Position numbers and translations under genes: made by a program. The notes beneath the pieces are model-generated. The model had not been told where the DNA came from and did no database searches. It saw only the letters and a program-made list of their open reading frames with translations. Shown one piece after another: positions 60,203 to 64,000 of a stretch of DNA of 64,000 nucleotides. Numbering within the stretch: position 1 is the first letter of the stretch; the number at the start of each line of letters is the position of its first letter. The DNA comes from an uncultured virus (IMG/VR IMGVR_UViG_3300035696_000009) (Duplodnaviria > Heunggongvirae > Uroviricota > Caudoviricetes): the IMG/VR virus record IMGVR_UViG_3300035696_000009; one strand, 5' to 3'.

Positions 60203-60439
60203 CTACGCCCCGTTCGCCCGCCTCGCGTCCATGCGGGCGACCCGCCCGTCCTGAAGCTCGGTGAGCGAGTCCTTGTGCACGTTCCGGATGAGCATGCGGA
60301 GGTAGACCGAGGCGGGCACGCCGCTGTGGGCGGCAAGCTCGTGGAGCTGCGCCTGCTCGTCGCGCGACAGGAGCATCGTGAACTTGCTGCCGCGTTTCGA
60401 CTTCTTCCCGGCGCGGGCGCCGTTCTTCTTGGTGGCCAT
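60203..60439 (-). CDS. RHH-like regulator
   Basis: FTMLLSRDEQAQLHELAAHSGVPASVYLRMLI. Confidence 0.65.
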   Translation of the reverse strand: MATKKNGARAGKKSKRGSKFTMLLSRDEQAQLHELAAHSGVPASVYLRMLIRNVHKDSLTELQDGRVARMDARRANGA

Positions 60440-61175
60440 CTTTCCGGCAGCATACGGCAGACTGCCGTTGGCGCCAAATTGAATGGATTCGTGAACGTTG
60501 ATGGCGGCGCCCGCGCGGGGCAAAATCATGGCGTGGGTAGCGTCGTCCTCGATCTCGCCGCGCAGCTCCCGATGCCGCCCATCGGCTACGAGGTCGTCGC
60601 GGGCGCGATGGGCATCCTCCGGATCGGGCCGGTCACGGTCCCCCTTCACTCCATGGTGAGGATCGCGATGAGGTCGGAGGCGCTGCTGATCCTCCGTCGG
60701 CCTCGGCTCGAGGTCCAGACGTCCGGCGTGCCCGCGGCGTGCGAGATCGTCGACGTCTGGGTCGGGGCCTCCCGCCCGAACCTCCCCTGGGAGGGCGCGG
60801 ATCTCGGCGCCATCCGGCCCGGCGAGCTGATCACCGCGATCGTGGCGAACCACTCGTCGAACGTCCAGAACGCGAGCGTCGCGGTCGACGGCGACGCGGC
60901 CCGGGTCGTCCACTGGGCGGTCGACTGCCCGCGCAAGCAGGGCGGCGGGTGCGCGGACTGCCTGTGGCGGACGCAGTGCCGCCACGAGGAGTGCGAGCGC
61001 TCGGGTAACATGGAGACGCGGTGCCGGCGCTGGCAGGAAGAACAAGACGCGCGGAGACTCGCCCTCTCGGCGCCCGCCTCCGGATCGAAGCCCGAGCCCG
61101 GCGGGCTCTGGCGGCCGTGGGACCCGCTCCGCGGGTGAACTTCACGGCGTCGCGTAGTAGTCGTTGTAGATCCCC

Positions 61176-61910
61176 TTACCTCCTGTCCTGCAGCAGCCCG
61201 CAGACGTCCTTGATGTCGTCCTCGTCCATGCTGCTCAGCACGTCCTCGGCTTCGGCCCTCACGGCGTCGCGAACGTACTCGTCGACGGTCCCGTGGTACG
61301 ACGGCGGCTCGTCGCGGAAGTCGTAGAGACCCGGTTTCCTCCAGCCGCCACCCTCGATGTTCAACTCGAAGATCGCCGCGTCGTAGTCCCCCTTGCTCTC
61401 GATGTTCACGAAGGGGCTCTCCTCGAACAGCCACGCGTGCTTCGGGTAGTGGTTCGCGATGTCCCTGATCGCGTCCGATGATTTCCAATATCGGATGAAG
61501 TCGTCCGGGAGATAGTGCTCGCCGATGCGCTCGCGCGCGATCGCTTTGTCCTCCGGGCCGCCCGCCGTGAGCACGAGCCCGTACGTCACGTAGTCCCCGT
61601 GGAACCGCACGTACCTATAGACGTGCGTGCCGCGCGCCTCGTCGACCCACGCACGGATCCTCCTCGTTGCGGACCCGGGCAGCGCTTCGATCGCGTCGAG
61701 CACCGCGTCGGGGTAGCTCCTGCCCGCGCGCATCGCGGCAAGCACCTCGGCCGAGGCCTCGTCCCGCGGGGACGCCTCGATCCTCGGGAGCACGTAGTCA
61801 CGGAAGACGTCGTGCGGGTCGCCATTCTCGAGGCTCATGCAGGCGGGGTCCTCGACCTCGGCCGTGTCCACGAACTCATCCGCCATATCCTTGCGCTCGA
61901 GGATCGACAT
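61176..61910 (-). CDS. hypothetical protein
   Basis: MSILERKD..., 244 aa. Confidence 0.6.
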   Translation of the reverse strand: MSILERKDMADEFVDTAEVEDPACMSLENGDPHDVFRDYVLPRIEASPRDEASAEVLAAMRAGRSYPDAVLDAIEALPGSATRRIRAWVDEARGTHVYRYVRFHGDYVTYGLVLTAGGPEDKAIARERIGEHYLPDDFIRYWKSSDAIRDIANHYPKHAWLFEESPFVNIESKGDYDAAIFELNIEGGGWRKPGLYDFRDEPPSYHGTVDEYVRDAVRAEAEDVLSSMDEDDIKDVCGLLQDRR

Positions 61911-63053
61911 CGGGGACCCCGGGTCACCGCCAACGGCCGGAGCGGTGCCCGCGCTGGTGCTCCGGGCCGAGTGCCCAGGCGAGCGTCTTCGGCGACGGGC
62001 TCCGGATGCACGCGTCGTCCGACTTGATCGCGGAGAGCGCGGCGCGCATCTCGCCATTGAGGCGTGCGATAACACCAGGTTTCATGAGCGTGCTCGTCCC
62101 GCAGGGGATGAGCGCTGCCGTTTCGATCACCTCTGCGGCCTCGATTTTCATGGCGCCGCCTTCGCGGCGACGTCCCATGACTCTTTCTTGTGCTTGGCCG
62201 ACTCGAGCAAGCGCCACTCGAGCCCGCGCATCGTGGTGCGGTAAGCGGCCACGTCCTCCTCCGTCAACGTGTGACCGACGGGGAGCCTCTCGAGGTGGGC
62301 GATGGCCTGGTCGAAGATCGCCGGGTCGAAGATCTCCCTCAGTTGATTCTCGCTCATCTCAGTGCTCCGTGAAGAGGTTCGGCGCGTGCCGATAATGCGG
62401 GATCTCGTCCCGCGTGAACCGGCCTTCCTCGTCCACCGCCCTCACCCGGTAAGACGGGGGTCCTGGGATGCCGGCGTCCACGCACGCTGCCTCGGCCTCC
62501 GCGAGGAGCTTCACGAATTTCTCCTGCCACGCGGGCGGCATCGACTGCAGCACCGCGCGCGGCATAACAAGATAGTTCGCGTAGCTCAGGCCGAACCACG
62601 CATGGACCGGTTTGGCGTTCGCGGCAACCAGGACTTTTTTCTTGGTCATTCTTCTAGCGCCTCCCGCTCCACTGCTGTCTTGAGCTTGCTGATCAAATGG
62701 TGGATCGCAGCCGTGTGGATCTTGATGGTGTCCGGTTCTTCCCGTGCGGCGTGAATGCCGTCAGCCGCCCAATCCTTGATGGCCGCTCGATCAGTTTGAG
62801 CTTCGCGCGTTTCCCGTTCCCGTTCCCGTTCGTCATCGCTTGCCGAAGCCCCTCATGTCGACGCCGTTCATCTCGACCTTGAGCCCCTCGCGATCCATCG
62901 CCCGCACGATGTCGCGGCAGTTGTCGCCGCCCTCGCAGATGACCGACTCGCCCTTCCTCGTGCGCTCGCCGCCGGAGAGATTCTCGTCCATCCACGCCTT
63001 GGCGGCGCGCGTGAGCGGCTCGATCTCGTAGAGGCCAAGCTCGCCGGTGATGA

Positions 63054-63482
63054 TCACGTCGTACTTCTTGGTCCGCGCCATGTCGTCTCCTCGCTCTGGA
63101 GCCTCTCGACGAGCAGGCCGAGCATACCCCAGAGCGCCGCGTGCTCGAAATCCACGCACCCCGCGCCCGGTCGAGAGCACGCGTTGCCCGAGTAGTCCCA
63201 GGAGCACGCCCCGAGCGCGCGTCGGTCGATGACGCATCCGGCGTACTCGACGGCGGAGCCCACAGCGGCGTACGCGGCGGCGCGCGCGTACCACGGGAGA
63301 TCGCGCAAGCGCGGCGAGAGCGCGAGGAACGCGCCGCCGCCGAACGCGTAGACAGGCAGGAACGGCACGTGCGCCCCCTTGAAGAGCGCCGAATAGCGCG
63401 GCTCGTCCGAGGTGACGTTCTCGGCCGCCCACCCGGCGACGCCGAGGAGCATGCCCCCGAGGACGAGGTCACTCCTCCCCAT
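63054..63482 (-). CDS. membrane protein (putative ABC-permease-like family)
   Basis: GWAAEN...PFLPVYAFGG...VEYAG...WDYS...AALWG. Confidence 0.6.
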   Translation of the reverse strand: MGRSDLVLGGMLLGVAGWAAENVTSDEPRYSALFKGAHVPFLPVYAFGGGAFLALSPRLRDLPWYARAAAYAAVGSAVEYAGCVIDRRALGACSWDYSGNACSRPGAGCVDFEHAALWGMLGLLVERLQSEETTWRGPRSTT

Positions 63483-64000
63483 GCGCGCTCTCCCAGTAGT
63501 CGCGCGCGGCGGCGATCAGCTCCTCGTCCGTCATGGGCATGGCGGGACCGCGCGCGGCGGCGGGCGTCTTCGCGACCCACTTCGCGAACATCACGAGGTC
63601 CTTGATGTGCATCGGCACCTCACGCGTCACCGTCACCGTCTCCGTCAGCTTCATTTCTTCCTCCACGACGAACCCTCGAGCATCGCGTTGAACGCCGGGT
63701 CGAGGCACCGGAGCGCCTCCTTCGGGAAACGCGGGTCGGCGTCGACGACGAGCGTGAGGTCGGGGTTCACATCGACGGACACGCGGGCGCCGCTCTCGCT
63801 ATGCGTGATGGCGTACGACGCGCGCTCGGTGCCGTACTTCGGGTCGCCCTGGAAGTACGGCCCCTCGAAGAAGAACTCCTCCTCTTGCTTGGGGCGCGCG
63901 CGGAACGACCCGCGCAGATGCATCACGCACTGGTCGAGGAGCCTCTCGGCGAGGGCCTTGTAGCTCTTTGGCCCGTAGTAGGCGGGGCCCACGCGACGGC

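Overview
GC-rich, densely packed window that looks like part of a large phage or prophage-like element. The likely host is a myxobacterium (Polyangiaceae-like), inferred from the Cys-rich and VDATSVYWT-repeat lipoprotein cargo. No capsid, terminase or polymerase gene is visible, so the phage call is an inference. Recognisable content: (1) a PspA-like / SBP-OmpA / ABC permease / ABC ATPase module, interrupted by a three-part cassette made of a Cas7/RAMP-like gene (3484-4323), a partner gene (2897-3487) and a ~750-nt non-coding array of GGA-NN pentamers punctuated by GGCCGG (2150-2896). This is the best candidate for an unusual RNA-guided system, and the variable dinucleotides of several units decode as codon positions 1-2 of protein-like motifs. 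(2) Ku, IF-3, a Pth2-like hydrolase, and MazG-like, HDAC-like, metallophosphoesterase, PLD, NUDIX and J-domain genes. (3) Four aberrant tRNA-like genes beside Pth2. (4) Ro60/Rsr with six Y-RNA-like genes, the cluster split by a 3.9-kb cargo-carrying DDE transposon. (5) A 42-gene tRNA array covering all 20 amino acids, with an HNH gene and several non-canonical tRNA-like RNAs. (6) A probably host-derived island with HEPN, Cas2-like and truncated DUF262 genes. (7) Many small hypothetical ORFs, not all listed. All calls were made by eye, without database searches, and RNA gene ends may be off by a few nt.
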